The notes under the pieces: model-generated
What the model was told of the DNA's origin: nothing
What the model saw: the letters and a program-made list of their open reading frames with translations, nothing else
Database searches by the model: none
Part shown: positions 23,214-35,828 of the stretch, piece after piece
Layout: every line of letters begins with the position of its first letter
How positions within the stretch are numbered: position 1 is the first letter of the stretch
Assembly (NCBI GenBank): GCA_965235115.1
Contig: OZ249440.1
Span: forward strand, 35,404,001 to 35,468,000
Origin: Laetmonice hystrix
Taxonomy: Eukaryota
Reading direction: 5' to 3'
Length of the DNA: 64,000 nt
Made by a program: the position numbers and the translations under genes

Positions 23214-24510
23214 CAAGGTGGTTTAACAGGCAAACGCCCCCTAGATTTTATTTTGGGGGAAAGGCTGCGACTACGACAAGTCGTAGCATCAGCCATTTCA
23301 ACATCTTGAAGATGCTGAAATTTGTTTGTAAGTGCTATTGCACTATTGTTGGAGGCTGCCTTGGGCAGCCGATCTGTCATTATTTTCTTTTTTGGTTGAT
23401 CTTTCTTTGTAGATGACTCTTTAGTACTTGTTTGATCTTTTTCGGAGTTGGTTCTTTGGTACTCGGCCCGGCCTGTGGAGGAGGAACCGAGGTTGTCTGG
23501 CTCTGTGTTGAGGTGGACTTTTTAGGTGGCTGACTCGAGACAGCTTTCTTAGGCAGTTCATTTGTGCTGTCATCGGGATCAGGGTAGGTCACAGGTTTAT
23601 CCCCCTTGACCCACACCATCTCCGTTTGACAAGCGAAAGTCCGTGTGGTAGGTTTAACAGCGGCAGCATAGGTTTTAACTGTTGGTGGAAGCAGATATTG
23701 CTCCACCAGTTTGCGTGCCTCTGGGAAACTAAGTTTTCTCTCTGTTTTAACCTTCAGGATTTCCTTCTCCTTTTTCCACACGGAGCACTCGTGTGAAACA
23801 GTGGAATGACCTTGCCCGCAGTTGGCACATTTAGCAGGCTTTTTACAGCCTGTATGGTCATGTCCTGTTTCAGCGCACTGAGAACATTTTTGTTCATTTC
23901 TACAGTCGGTCCCATGCCCAAACCTCTGGCACTTAAAGCAACGCAGAGGATTTGGGATATAGGGATCGACTTTTACCTTTAGAAAGCCAATCTCGAGTTC
24001 ATCTGGTAGAGTGGGCCTGTCGAATGTCAGAAAATATGTGTGTGTCTTGATGGTGTTACCATCTCGTTTCACTATCAATCTTCTGACTTCCGACACACCT
24101 TGCCAGCTCAACCCAGCAAGGATCTCCTGTTCAGTTGTAGTGTCAAGAGAGTTAGTTCGTATAACACCCTTGCTGGAGTTGAGCGTCCGGTGACGAGAGG
24201 CCTTAATACTGTAACCTGCAAGTACTGTGGCACTCAACAGGTTTGCAGATTGGGCCTTCGTGGCACACTCCACCAACAGTTGGCCAGACCTCAAACGTTT
24301 ACAATCTTTGACTGTTCCAGCTATCCCCAATATGCCTTCCCTAATATGTATGGCAAAAGGGGATAGCTTAGATATTGGTCGTTCAGCTTCTGCCGATTCA
24401 ACAATGATAAAACGAGGCCATTCCGTCAAGTGTTCATTCTCCATAGACCGGTCCGAGTCAGAGTCCGTTAGTTTCAGTAGTTTTCTTTTTGGGGGATTGT
24501 TTGATGCCAT
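23213..24510 (-). pseudogene. ORF1 of copy 2, frameshifted near 23440
   Basis: Colinear with copy 1 ORF1; diverges after KEPTPK; one codon missing in knuckle 1. Confidence 0.88.
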
Positions 24511-25439
24511 GTTTGTGTTAGAGTGTTTCACCAACCCTATTCCCCACCCTCCACGGAGCCCAACAAGGGGAAGTGCAGAGCTGCGGTAACCAGCAGTTGC
24601 AAACCAAGGATATAGGGTTGGTATACTCAAGCAATGGAACGAAAGAGGGTCTTGCCATTACTTGATTGACCCTAAGCCACCGCCTTCTAGGAATAAAGAA
24701 GAAAAGTTACGATAGATGTTGCCTATTGTATTAGAGAATTAAATCCACTGTAAAGGGTACTAAATAGAAAAAATCCTTGGGCAAGGCGTGACCAGCCGAT
24801 TGATTGGATCGGGCCTCTCCAACCTCCCGTCTAGGTGAAGTAGGAGCCAAAGCACCGTGTTGGACCTGTGAAAAGCCGCAGCAATTCACCGTCCTCAGGT
24901 ACCAGGACCTCTTCCTCCACCGACACGGGTCGCGACTCACGGCAAACAAGTCGCCCCATTTATTCGCCTCTTACGAACAGCCAGGGGGGGCTGGGGAACA
25001 TTCTTACCCCGGTCCCCACGGGGGGACGGTTTCATGGAAATCAGTACATATATAGACCTAGTAAGCAAAACATATTTAATGCTTTTCGTAATTAATCAGT
25101 GGTAGATCTAATTGTGGAAATGCAGAAATGGCTTCATAGGGCCTATAGGTTGTGCAAGGCCATCAGCAGGGCGCGAAACTAACTTTTTGAGCCTTTCAAA
25201 ACCAAGTGTCCCCATGGATGATCTCCTGCCCCACCTTTACTAAATTTTATATTTTCATTAGTATTATATTACTTTGTTGAATTATGAATTATTTACTAGA
25301 ATCTGTTTTTCGTTTTTATTGGAGTGCCCCAGCCAAGCACAGTTAAGTTAATGCAAATGAAAATAAAACACATTATATGTTTATACATATTTAACATATT
25401 TATTACAATAGAATTATATACAAAAGACAACAAAAGAAT

Positions 25440-25960
25440 TATATACACAAAAGTCGTGGTAAGTGTCTATAATCAGTGTCTATATGATGGCATCTTCCTG
25501 GTACTGGTCCCACAAGTGGAAGACGGTCTTGTTGTGAATCTTCTTGGTGGAGTTGCGCTGGTGACGGGTGAGCTTCTGCAGACAGAGGAGTCAGTGCTGG
25601 ATGGGGACAAGGCGGGCTTCTCTGTGGAGGTTCTGGATGAGGAGGTACAGGTTGAGGTAGGGCTTTGACTTCTGGTTGACACGGTTGTGCCAACCCTCAC
25701 AGTCGTTGTTGGTGCGGGTCGCCAGGCCGTAAACGCTCCAACTCTCGATGGGCCACACGCTGCTGGCCATCCATGTGGACTGGATGTAGTCCACCACAGG
25801 CTGGAGGGGAGGTGTGGCCTTGGCAGACAGGCGCTGGAATGCCGATGGGATGTGGGCAGCAGGAAGGAAGGGTAGAGCCAGCAGCATTCGGATGAACTGG
25901 TGGACCTTGGGGCAAGAGCTGTAGCTGGTCTTCAGGTCACAGTCGACGACTTTCCTGATA
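25440..25960 (-). pseudogene. Mutator-like (MULE) transposase C-terminal fragment
   Basis: LALPFLP..I..AF, YIQSTW, WSVY..TRTNNDCEGWHNR.N, NLYLLI..LH.E. Confidence 0.85.
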
Positions 25961-27159
25961 GTCCGTGGGCTAGGTAGGCCCACCTGGCACCACCCCCACC
26001 GGTTGATGAAACTACTATAGTTATAGGTATATATGTGGACTTTAATATTAGAGATGTTAACATTGAATTCTCAGGGATGAACTTTGCCTCTCAGCCTGGT
26101 ATATGCATGACTATCACTGCAATTCCGGGGTTTCAATTTTAGGGGTCACAAAATTTGGTCTCTGCCCGAAATTAGACTATAGTCCCTTTACTTCACTGCT
26201 GTGGTGCCAAATGTTGGTCTTTTTCATGTTAACAACCATGGAAGTGAAGAGTAGGCTTCCTCTAACCAAATAAAAGGTGCAATGTTCAATTATTTTGTGA
26301 ATCTATGTTGCTGTGGCAAATGACGCAAACACGTTAATAAGAAGTACTGAAAAATCGCTATTTTCGGGTAGGGGAAACAAAGCTAGCAATATCTTCGTAC
26401 CTTCTGGGTTTACAGCAGCATACTACCACTCAAAATGTTGGTATTGAACCCCTCTTTCAAATGAGGTATAGTATATGCAAATTAAGCTATCATACAGGTC
26501 ACTAGAGGTCAAAAGGTCACAAAATCGTTACCTTGCCTAAAATCTAGGAAGGGTCATTGTACGTCAGTTTGTTGATTGGAAATGGACTAAATGAGACATT
26601 TAACACTTGCAATTCATTCAGGGGAGTTGCCTTAAAGACGGTAACCCCTATATCTGGCAGTTGGTAACCCCTATATCTGGCAGTTAAGTTTTATTACTAA
26701 GGAGCTACCAGTATTGAAAATACCGTTTCAACAAGGAATAACAAAAGTGTATCGATGTGGGGTAGGGAAAATTCAAATGACTGCACCTCAGTGACCCTTG
26801 ATGCTATGACAATGTAATACCCCTCCAAATAACAGTCTTGAATTGCTCTTTCAGATGATTGCTGCATATAACAACAGTTACTGAAGGTCCCATGCAGTAC
26901 TGACATCTATCATACAAGATCATACAAGTCACATTAGAAACAATAGAGGATTGTAAAACATTGACTTCTTACACTCTCAATTCCAGCCCATACACTCTCA
27001 ATTCCAGCCCATACATCAATTTTGAAAGGTGAAGGTAAGGTTTGATAATTATGATGTGAGCAATATTTCCTTGAAATGAATATGCCTAGAGCCGAAAGTG
27101 AAAGTGAAAGTGTGAATGTATTGGTTCGTCGTATTCATTAGGTATTTAACTTATTTTCA

Positions 27160-28090
27160 GTCAAACATGTCGAAAAGGAAGACAGATTATCCTGAATCAA
27201 CTGGAGACCCTGTGCCAAAGAAGGATCGGGATGGCAACTGCATCCTCCACATGAATGACTCTAAAATGACTCAGTTTACGTATTTCTCAGAACTAGATAA
27301 AGCTACGTATTTCTCAGAACTAGATAAAGCAGCCCGTTTGGGCTGACGGGATGGAGTGTGTTTTAATGATATTCCCGCTGGGGCCCGGGATAAAATAGGC
27401 TCCTTTCATTTCATGGTCTTTTAACCCTGTTTTCGCCGTGAAGATGGCCCCAGATGCCGGCACGGCGGAAAACCACCACTACTCACTCACTCACTAGATA
27501 AAGCTGAAGAAAGGTTTCAGAAAATTCTTGATATACGTGAAGAGCGTCTTGCACAACCCGCTGGATCTTCCCACCGCATGCAACTTGTATGTGAGCAGAT
27601 TCCACAGAACTTTACCGATAAAGATGGCTACCATCGTGACTGTTACCAAAGGTTTACGATGAATTTGAATTGTATAAAACCAGCAACGCAGACAGGCCCA
27701 CAAACACAAACACAGCCAAAGAGAAGTCGCTCTTCGGAAGGTGTGATATATGATTCAGATTGCATATTCTGTGGTAGCTTTGGTCGGAAAAAAGTGAGAA
27801 GGAAGAATATTTGGACTACAGAGGGTCTCTCTTCATTTGAATATGGAGGGGGAGGTACCATATTGAGATTCAGATTGCATATTTTGTGGTAGCTTTGGTC
27901 GGAAAAGAGTGAGAAGGAAGAATAGTTGGACAACAGAGGGTCTCTCTTCATTTGAATATGGAGGGGGAGGTACCATTCTGCATAATGTAATCTGTGGTCA
28001 AAACTCAGTCCAGCCATCTGAGAGGACAAATCGGCTAGTGTCCTCAATTGGCCAAGACATCTGCAGGGCGGCAACTAGGGGTCGGTGGAA
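27160..28090 (+). pseudogene. Degenerate fragment of an unclassified DNA-transposon-like ORF, interrupted by a short I copy
   Basis: YHRDCYQRFT, CIFC, LVSSIGQDI..A.T.G.WK motifs; internal ~110-bp duplication 27755-27863 / 27867-27976. Confidence 0.5.
27332..27492 (+). mobile_element. Short 5'-truncated I-group copy (3'UTR type B only), TSD ACTAGATAAAGC
   Basis: 3'UTR plus (ACTC)3; 12-bp duplication at 27319-27330 and 27493-27504. Confidence 0.92.
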
Positions 28091-28631
28091 ATTTTGGCTA
28101 ATCTCAATATGGTATTAAATGTGTTTTCGATAAAGATGGCAAGTTAATCTTGATATGAAAAATGATACGGACATCTGAATGTACAACATGGCTGACCCTA
28201 TGCAGGTCTAACAACAACGATTTAATTAACTCAGGCCTCATATTCTGTATTCTTCTTTCCAGCTTGGCTAAGTTTGAGGCGGATCAGGCGTCAAGTGACA
28301 TCACTAGTGCCAGCCCCACCCTGACGAGGATGCGTCCCTGTCCAATGTTTGCCACTGACGACCACCGTAGCTATACGTACTATACACCTCCGGCCAAGCC
28401 GTGGGTTCAGCGGTCTTATTACGACCACCAGTTTCCAGTGTACAGAGGTGTACCACACGGATACTCCTCCTGCCAAGTTCCTCCGATACCCTCTCATGGC
28501 GCAGGCCCTACAGGGGGCGCTGCAAACCCTCCCGGCACTGCTGAACGATTGCAGCATCCCATAATGCCCGTCCGTGGAGACAGAACCCGGCGTCCAGTGT
28601 CGCCTACCAATGACGTCACCAGACGACATAA

Positions 28632-29267
28632 TGAGTGAGTGAGTAGTGGTGGTTTTCCGCCATGCCGGCATCCGGGGCCATCTTCAGGGCGAAAACAGGA
28701 TTAAAAGACCATGACCAACCGGGCTATCGACGAGCCTGAACTATAAAAGAGTCAGAAGTCCAGCTTCTGACAAAAACTCTGAAATCACTCCTGGTCTGAC
28801 ATTGTTAAAAAGAACCGTTGTCTGATCAGAGTAAAATCACCACACTCAAGTAAAAGATGCTTCAGTGTTAAAGGACACTAACAGCTATGACACTCTGGAG
28901 GTGGCTCCCCCTTCAATAAAAACACGTGGGTTAATCTAGAATGACCAATCCTGCATCGAGTATAAACAATTTCATGCCTACGTTGGGTTAGGCCATGAAG
29001 ACCCCTTTGGTTCACGACAGGACTGATCTGATACAATTTATTGTTTGGTTGTTCATCCCATTCGGCCTGCCATTTGTTCTTAATGTAAGCCCAGATGGTA
29101 GGTCTGAGGTCAGAGGCTGGAATTGGACAGAGTTCGACGTCTGTTTCAAGAGCCCTCTTGGCAGTTCTGTCAGCTTGCTCATTGCCCGGGATACCAACAT
29201 GCCCAGGCACCCAGCAAAAGGGAATATCAAAGTTTGCATTGGCAAGCACTGCCAACTTGGACAAGAC
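28632..29267 (-). mobile_element. 5'-truncated I-group copy (type B) with internal deletions
   Basis: RNase H C-terminal half to tail; deletions near 28712 and 28812; no TSD. Confidence 0.92.
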
Positions 29268-29279
29268 ACCAATAAAGCA

Positions 29280-29480
29280 ATGAGCCAGTTGGAGCCGTCG
29301 GGATGTCACCCTCAAAGACGATGTGACAAATAATACAATTATGTGCAAATTCTGGGGAAACCAATCCAGTGATGTGGAGGTGTACGACCTTGACAAGACT
29401 GTCAAAATAACAAACCTAAACGTCGACGTTTTCAATGATCTACACTCAGTTTATTCAACGTATATGACAACAGTGGACGT
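29280..29480 (+). pseudogene. OB-fold-like exon fragment
   Basis: TIMCKFWGNQS...VKITNLNVDVFND..SV followed by a GTGAGT donor; similar to 52579-52790. Confidence 0.4.
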
Positions 29481-29829
29481 GAGTAAATTTACTTACTTTA
29501 ATTACAGTAAAACTATATAGTGAACACTTTGGGGACAGGGAAAAATGTTCACTATATATGGAGGTGTTCCCTCATTAGAAAAACTGATTTTCGATGGTGT
29601 TTTGCTGCCGCTGACTGGCTACTTTTGAGAGCCCTTAGGCTCCAAAATCACAGCATGTTGTCTTGCCTAAACAGAGGTTCAAAACAATGGGAGAAGTACA
29701 TGTTGAGACTTGAAAGTTTTTTCACTGTTCAGTCTCTTCAGAGGTGTTTATTAAAGAGAACTGGGCAATATGAATGATACAATGTTAAAACCTAATGGGC
29801 AGTGTTGATTATTCATATGTGTTGCTTAA

Positions 29830-31140
29830 TGAGTGAGTGAGTGAGTAGTGGTGGTTTTGCGCCGTGTCGGCATCGAGGGCCATCTTCACAGCGAAAACAG
29901 AGTTATAAGACCATAAGCTTTGCCCAGAGATGCGGGTGCCGAAGTTGTGCTTGCCATGAACTGCTGCTGCAGACACATCATTGCCATCCTTTGAGCCATC
30001 AGTATAGAAGGCATAATGTGACGGATACCTTGCCTGGACGTCAAGAAAATGTTCAAAATATGTCAGGGGACGAGTCCCCGACTTCTTCAGTTGAGCCAAC
30101 TGAAGAATGACATTAGGCTTTTCCAGGTCCCAAGGAGGAATGGTGCAAAAATGTGTCTGTCCCAAGACGTTCAGATCAACATCCAACCCCTCTAGATGAG
30201 GTTTGACCCTCAGTCTAAAAGGACACACATACGTTTCTCTTCGCTCATACAAATGTTGAAACTCAGGGTAAAAAACGCAATTGTAAGCTGGATTTGAACT
30301 GTTTGTCCCAAGCTTGACTGCATACTGCAGAGCCAGCTTCAGACGCCTGTTGTAAAGCGAGGGCTCTCTGGACTCCACATAGAGGCTCTGAACAGGAGAC
30401 GTTCTAAAAGCTCCAAGTGAAAGCCGCAAACCCTGGTGGTGAACCGTGTCCAAAAGCCGTATGTAGGACTTACAAGCAGAACCATAAACTGTGCTGCCAT
30501 AATCGAGCTTCGAACGGATTAAAGCTATGTACAGTTGTAAAAGGACTGTACTGTCTGCACCGCAGTTTGTACCAGATAGAACCTTGAGAACATCCAGAGC
30601 CTTAAGGCATCTGGATTTGAGTGATTTAATGTGAGGAATAAAAGACATCTTGCTGTCAAAAGTGAGTCCCAGAAACTTGGTCTCTTTAACAACCTTGATA
30701 GGATCTCAATCCATTGTCAACTCAGGGTCAAGGTCGAAAGCACACAGTTTGCAGAAATGCATGCAGACCGTTTTAGATTTTGAAAATTTAAAACCATTTT
30801 TCACCGACCAAGTGTGGATTCTGTTGAGACAGAGTTGGAGCTGCCTCTCAATGGCATTCATGTTTTTGCCTCTGCAGCAGATGTCAAAGTCATCGACGAA
30901 CAGGCTGCAGGGCATGCCAGTTTTAACCGAGTTAACAATGCTCTTGATCTTAATACTAAAAAGGGTAACGGACAAAATGCTTCCCTGAGGCACACCTAAT
31001 TCTTGGTCGTGCAAGTCAGACAGGGTCGTGCCTACTCTGACTTGAAAATGTCTGTTGGATAAAAACTGAGATATGAAAAGGGGCAAACGCCCCCTAAAAC
31101 CCATATCATGTAAATCTTTTAAAATGCCGTACTTCCATGT
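29830..31140 (-). mobile_element. 5'-truncated I-group copy with ~750-bp internal deletion
   Basis: RT (from TWKYG) to RISGQS joined directly to TTATGGTCTTATAACTC of the 3'UTR, then tail; no TSD. Confidence 0.93.
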
Positions 31141-31744
31141 ACGCACTTAAAGTCTAATCAGTGCACCCAAAAACGGTTGTATGAGATTCACATGAGGAGG
31201 TGCGAGTATACTGAGGGTGACCTGGTATATCGTAAAAATGAAGGTCACACCAAAGGACGCTCACGGAAGTTGGAGAGTCCCTGGAAAGGCCCATTTCTGG
31301 TGGTGGAATGCCGTCACCCCATCTACACTCTGCGTGATAGGAGAGGAAGAGATGCGGTTTACCACCATGACAAATTGAAGTCCTGTCAGGACAGGGCAAT
31401 TCCAATGTGGATTCGTAAGTCGCGGGCCCAACTAATGCAGGGTTGATGATAGAGAGGGTGAGGAACAGGAAGAGTTGAAACTGACCCCCACATCTGATGT
31501 TGAGGACCGAATGTCCACCTTTCATCTTTTTGAGTCACAGGTGGTCCCCTCAAAATTAGTTCTCCTGAAGTGCCACAGTCGGAGCCTGCTCCCACCCGGA
31601 TTACAAGTCGGGGTAGGAACATACACAGGCCCAAGCACTTGGCTAACTATGTATAGTTAACCTTGTAGAAACATAAGAGTTTTCAGTAATTAGCTGAGAA
31701 CTGTATCACTTATGCATTATTTTAATATTTTATCAATTGACAGG

Positions 31745-32284
31745 ATGGAGAAAGCCGACTTCCTGCTGGATTATGAGGAGGATGAGGACATCGTAGCTGC
31801 GCCGCCAACACACAGGAAGGTGGTGTTCCACCAAGCCACCACACCATCCGAGACCCTGAGAGTTGTAGTAACGGATGAGGAGGCTGCCCCACCACCGGCA
31901 AAGAAGGCAAGGGGACAGCAGTGCCGATTCTGCCCCGCCCGTACTAAAAACCTGCGTTCTCATATTATCAGGACCCACTTTCCCTGGTATGCTCAGCCAC
32001 TGACGGCATGCTGGGCATGCCGAGTGCAAGAAGGAAAGAGTTGCTTCCTTCAAGCGAAGCACGCTGTGAGCGAAGACCATCCCTCACCTTATTGGGGACG
32101 TTCCCTGTACATTTGCCAATGGTTTCTATTGGTAAATGGCATGTTTCGGCAAAAATCCAAACTCTTGACACTACAGCAACCTATGACCTTTTCAGGCTGG
32201 GAACCTGCCACACTTGTTAACTGCTTTTCAGAGGACGGCCCCGCAGACACCGTCATCCAAACTCTGAGAACGAAGTCGATGTAA
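31745..32284 (+). CDS. Accessory Cys/His-rich ORF between pol and LTR (probably truncated)
   Basis: CRFC......LRSH....HFPWY..P.TACWAC. Confidence 0.5.
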   Translation: MEKADFLLDYEEDEDIVAAPPTHRKVVFHQATTPSETLRVVVTDEEAAPPPAKKARGQQCRFCPARTKNLRSHIIRTHFPWYAQPLTACWACRVQEGKSCFLQAKHAVSEDHPSPYWGRSLYICQWFLLVNGMFRQKSKLLTLQQPMTFSGWEPATLVNCFSEDGPADTVIQTLRTKSM

Positions 32285-32520
32285 ATAACATGTTACAGGT
32301 GACGGGTAATTTGCAATATCTCTGGAAGGATCTTGCACATTACCTGTGGCACCTGATGCACCTAGTACTATAAGGAAGGTATGATTCGTTTATTCGATGG
32401 GTCATATTACTAATTAATTGTTAATATAATACTAATAGTACTAGACTCTGTGGAGGTTGGTACGAGCTCCGTTATTAGCGGGACCCATCGCCGTCACCTC
32501 CTTTTCAGAAGGGGGAAGAG

Positions 32521-33105
32521 TGTAGTACATTTCGGAAGTCAGTGGCGCCCCCTGCTGGGACGCCTGTTGCTGACTTCCGGCTAGCTTTTGTTATTGTTGG
32601 TTACCAACGGGTAACGCAAGTCAGTTAGCATTTGAACGTCTTAGACGGAGGTCTCCTTCAACTAGTTAGAGCCCTAAGTCCGAGGCGAGCCGTACCTTGT
32701 GGTACAACCCTAGTCCTAGACTGAATATACATCTCTATAGCATAGGAGAGCAAAGAGCTGACGAGTTGGCCATTCCCAGCAACCCGTCCAAATCACAGCG
32801 TGATCCAGACTGTCAGCCGCCGTCCCTGCCAGATTACCCGCCCGCGGTAGCTACGACCTGCCTAAGGAGAGACAGAGCCAACCCTGAAGGGAAGACCCGG
32901 CCAGTGCGTGTGACGTCGCCAGCTTTGGCCAGCCTACCCGTGGACTGTACTGTAGCAGCAGGAGCAGTGTAGGATCACACAAACAGAGAGACGACCACCA
33001 ACGTGAGTGGGTTTTCTAGCATTCTTTGGATGGTATATTATGTTAGTACTGTAGGGAATACCTAACGGCCACCCATTATCGTCTACCCCCCTATCCATTA
33101 CTACA
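32521..33105 (+). repeat. LTR (585 bp)
   Basis: Starts TGTAGTA right after the PPT and ends TACTACA. Confidence 0.75.
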
Positions 33106-33199
33106 ATACCAACACACTTCCCTTGCAGCACAATTCACAGTCATCCAAGGTGAGGGTAAGAAAAAAAGACCAGAAACCGGGAAATTTTTTTGGGGGGCC

Positions 33200-33338
33200 T
33201 TAGGCCGTGATGATACCTTTGGTTCACAAACTATAAAAGAGTCAGAAGTCGGCCCTCTGACAAAAACTCTAAAATCACTCCTGGTTTGACACTGCTAAAA
33301 AGATCCTTAAGACTTTTCTCATTAGAAAACCGTTGTCT
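33200..33338 (-). mobile_element. Two small non-colinear I-group fragments
   Basis: RQRF..LTLL-stop joined to the upstream-derived VNQRYHHGL segment. Confidence 0.8.
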
Positions 33339-33344
33339 GTGAGA

Positions 33345-33872
33345 TGCAAAGTGAAAACTGATATGCGTAAACGTGTAAACCATGAAAACAGTGTGAACAG
33401 TGAAATGCAAAATATAAAAGTTGAAAACCATGCAAAAAGTGAAAACGGTGTAAAACGTGAAAACAGTGTAAACCGTGAAAACAGTGAACACCGTGAAAAC
33501 AGTGAACACCGTGCAAAAAGTGATGGCAGTCATGTAGTTAAGGCCAGTATCCACCAGGGCAGTGAAGCTTTTTCAGATAACACCAGGAGGTGCTTTTATC
33601 ATGTAGTTCAGGCTAATAAAGGTTTCTCAGATACCTCCATGGGGCGCTTTTGTCATGTAGTACAGGCTAGTGTCCACCAGGGGAATGACGTTTTCTCACA
33701 TACCTTCAGGGGGCGTCTTTGTGCTGCCGTGCTCGCCATTCATGACCTGCAGACTTTGGAAGATCCCTCAACCTCTGAGGTTCATTCAGTACTGTTTCAA
33801 GGTGATGCACTTTATGAAGGAAGACGGAGAGGACAGCAGCACCAGCCCGCAATAACAAAAACAGGCATGTAC
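33345..33872 (+). pseudogene. Helitron-type N-terminal fragment (18-bp repeats plus peptidase C76-like motifs)
   Basis: VKASIHQG..F, VQASVHQGN..F....GR.C, VL.QGD.LY; resembles 59085-60000. Confidence 0.5.
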
Positions 33873-33968
33873 TGAGTGAGTGAGTGAGTAGTGGTGGTTT
33901 TGCGCCGTGTCGGCATCCAGGGCCATCTTCATGGCGAAAACCAAAAGACCATAAAACCAAAGGAACCT
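33873..33968 (-). mobile_element. Very short I-group 3' end (type A)
   Basis: Terminal stem-loop plus (ACTC)n tail; no TSD. Confidence 0.9.
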
Positions 33969-33969
33969 C

Positions 33970-35080
33970 AGGGTTGTACAAATCCACTAGCCCGAGGTCC
34001 GGGGCCTGCCTATTATTGCTTCGGAGTCAGAACTGGATCAGTGGAGCTAAACCACAGTGTTCCTGATGAGTACTGGGGCACTGAAAGAATTGGGCCTGGC
34101 CAAAATACGAAGGACGAAATCCTTAAAGAAATCCAAGACAACACCCAACAACTGCCAAGTTCCAGCAATGCAATGCAAAACCAACAGGTAAACCTGATCT
34201 CCAAAGATAACCCTCAAATATTACTGATAGGGAACTCTAATGTCAAAGGCTTCGCCAAAATCCTCAACGACAAAGTTGGAAGCAGCACTAAAATCAAGTC
34301 CCTTGCCTTCAGTGGAGCTACCGCTGGTGAAATAAATTCAAGGCTTCCATTCCTTTATAAGGGTACAGTACCATCACATGTCATCCTGCATGGCCTGGAT
34401 AAGAACATCCACAACAATCAACTCCTTTCAAGACAGCTTAGCCGAGTATGAGAGCCTCATAAACAATATTACAAATTCCCGCACTCAACAATACTTGTCT
34501 GTGGAATCCCTGATGTCTATCAATGGGAGAAGGCTCAAGCTGAAAACTTCTGTGTGCATCAAACCATCAGAAAATATCAATGAGTGCACTTTGTCAACAC
34601 TGAAAACCTTATGAAAACATTAACTCATCCAAAGACTAGTCAGTGAAATTGGGTCACAACAGCAGTGTCTTTAGCATGACCGAGGATGCTGATGAGCCTA
34701 ACACCGCTTGTGACTTTAATACGCCCAAAGATTTACATAATAGTAACTCTTATACACATAAGTGTGTTCATGGTAACTTGAGTGAGTCACAAAGTCATAT
34801 TAATGATGACTCTGGGGATAATGATAATAATTCTGTTGATGGTGACTCTGAGTTTAATAGTGTTTATTTTGTGGATGGTGACTCTTGAGTCAAACTGTAA
34901 TAATTGTGAAGATGGTAACTGAGTCAAACTGGCATATTTGATGGTGACTCTGAGGCTAAAGATTGTGTACATGGTAACTCTGAGTACATTAGTCAGATAC
35001 TGGTTAATAATAATGGTGACTCACAGAACATCACAGTTAAAGATTTCTCCAATTTAAACGGGCTCAAAATCGTTCAACTA
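33970..35080 (+). pseudogene. Degenerate CR1-like ORF1 (SGNH-type) fragment and spacer
   Basis: ILLIGNSNVKG..SGAT..HVILHG; GLKIVQL near 35060 resembles an APE start. Confidence 0.5.
34769..35025. repeat. Degenerate ~30-42-bp minisatellite with core ATGGT(G/A)ACTCTGAG
   Basis: 8 cores starting at 34769, 34802, 34838, 34874, 34911, 34940, 34970 and 35012. Confidence 0.6.
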
Positions 35081-35612
35081 ACAGAGTGGTTCAATGCTAA
35101 TAAGTTAAGTGAACCTATTAAGTGCTAATAAGTTAAGTGAAAAAACGAAATGAACGTTTTTCAACAAAAACGCACAAAGTGACGACGGGCTGTCACTAGT
35201 AAATATAAATGGAGTGAATCTAGAGTGAGTATGAAACTTCAAGTATCTCGGCCTAGGCATCTCGGCCTAGGCATATATAGCAAACTTCTTTTTAATGGTT
35301 ATATGAAAAAAGTATAACGTCAGTGTAATACCAAAACCTCGTAACTCAATTTTTGGTCAAAATGAGTTAGGCATGGTTTCACAACCTTAGTACTCATATC
35401 CCTACTGATTTTGAAGACGTTTTGGACATCAAGAATATTAACGACAAGCCAAACGAAGGTTCCCATGGTTCAATCATGTTGATATCTTCTGTTCCCATTG
35501 TGACACAATCAGCCATAGTACTCTTCCCATTGTGACACAATCAGCCATAGTACTCTTGAGTCCCACAATGTTTACAACCTTGGAAAATTTTACTATGGTC
35601 GTGGCACCCTGT

Positions 35613-35828
35613 ATAGGCCGAGACACACACGGGCAGCAAGTGTCGAATGGCAAGCGTCATTTTGAATATGGCGCTCTGAATGCTTAGTATGGAAGCGTTG
35701 TTTTTTGACATGCCACCCATATATATGTGAACGGTGTAATAGAAAACCATACTGAGCAATACTGAGCATTCAGAGCGTCGTTTTCAAAATGACGCTTGAC
35801 GCTCAACGCCCATGTGTGTCTAGGCCTG
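35613..35828. repeat. Foldback inverted repeat
   Basis: CAAGCGTCATTTTGAA..CGCTCTGAATGCTTAGTAT vs ATACTGAGCATTCAGAGCG..TTCAAAATGACGCTTG. Confidence 0.7.

Larger units (their letters stand above)
19380..25024 (-). mobile_element. I-group LINE, full-length copy 2, 3'UTR type B, (CA)n tail, 13-bp TSD
   Basis: TSD GACGGTTTCATGG at 19367-19379 and 25025-25037; inserted into a repeat also seen at ~1110-1200. Confidence 0.97.
31150..33105 (+). mobile_element. Gypsy LTR retrotransposon 3' part: integrase C-terminus, accessory ORF, PPT, 3' LTR
   Basis: GDLVY..KL..PWKGPF.V...Y.L......YH.DKLK; PPT AGAAGGGGGAAGAG at 32507-32520. Confidence 0.8.

Noticed and set aside
34769..35025. CRISPR-like array (conserved core with variable spacers)
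   Set aside because: Core is only ~13-15 bp and degenerate, spacing is irregular, spacers are partly related, no cas genes, eukaryotic context; a decayed minisatellite
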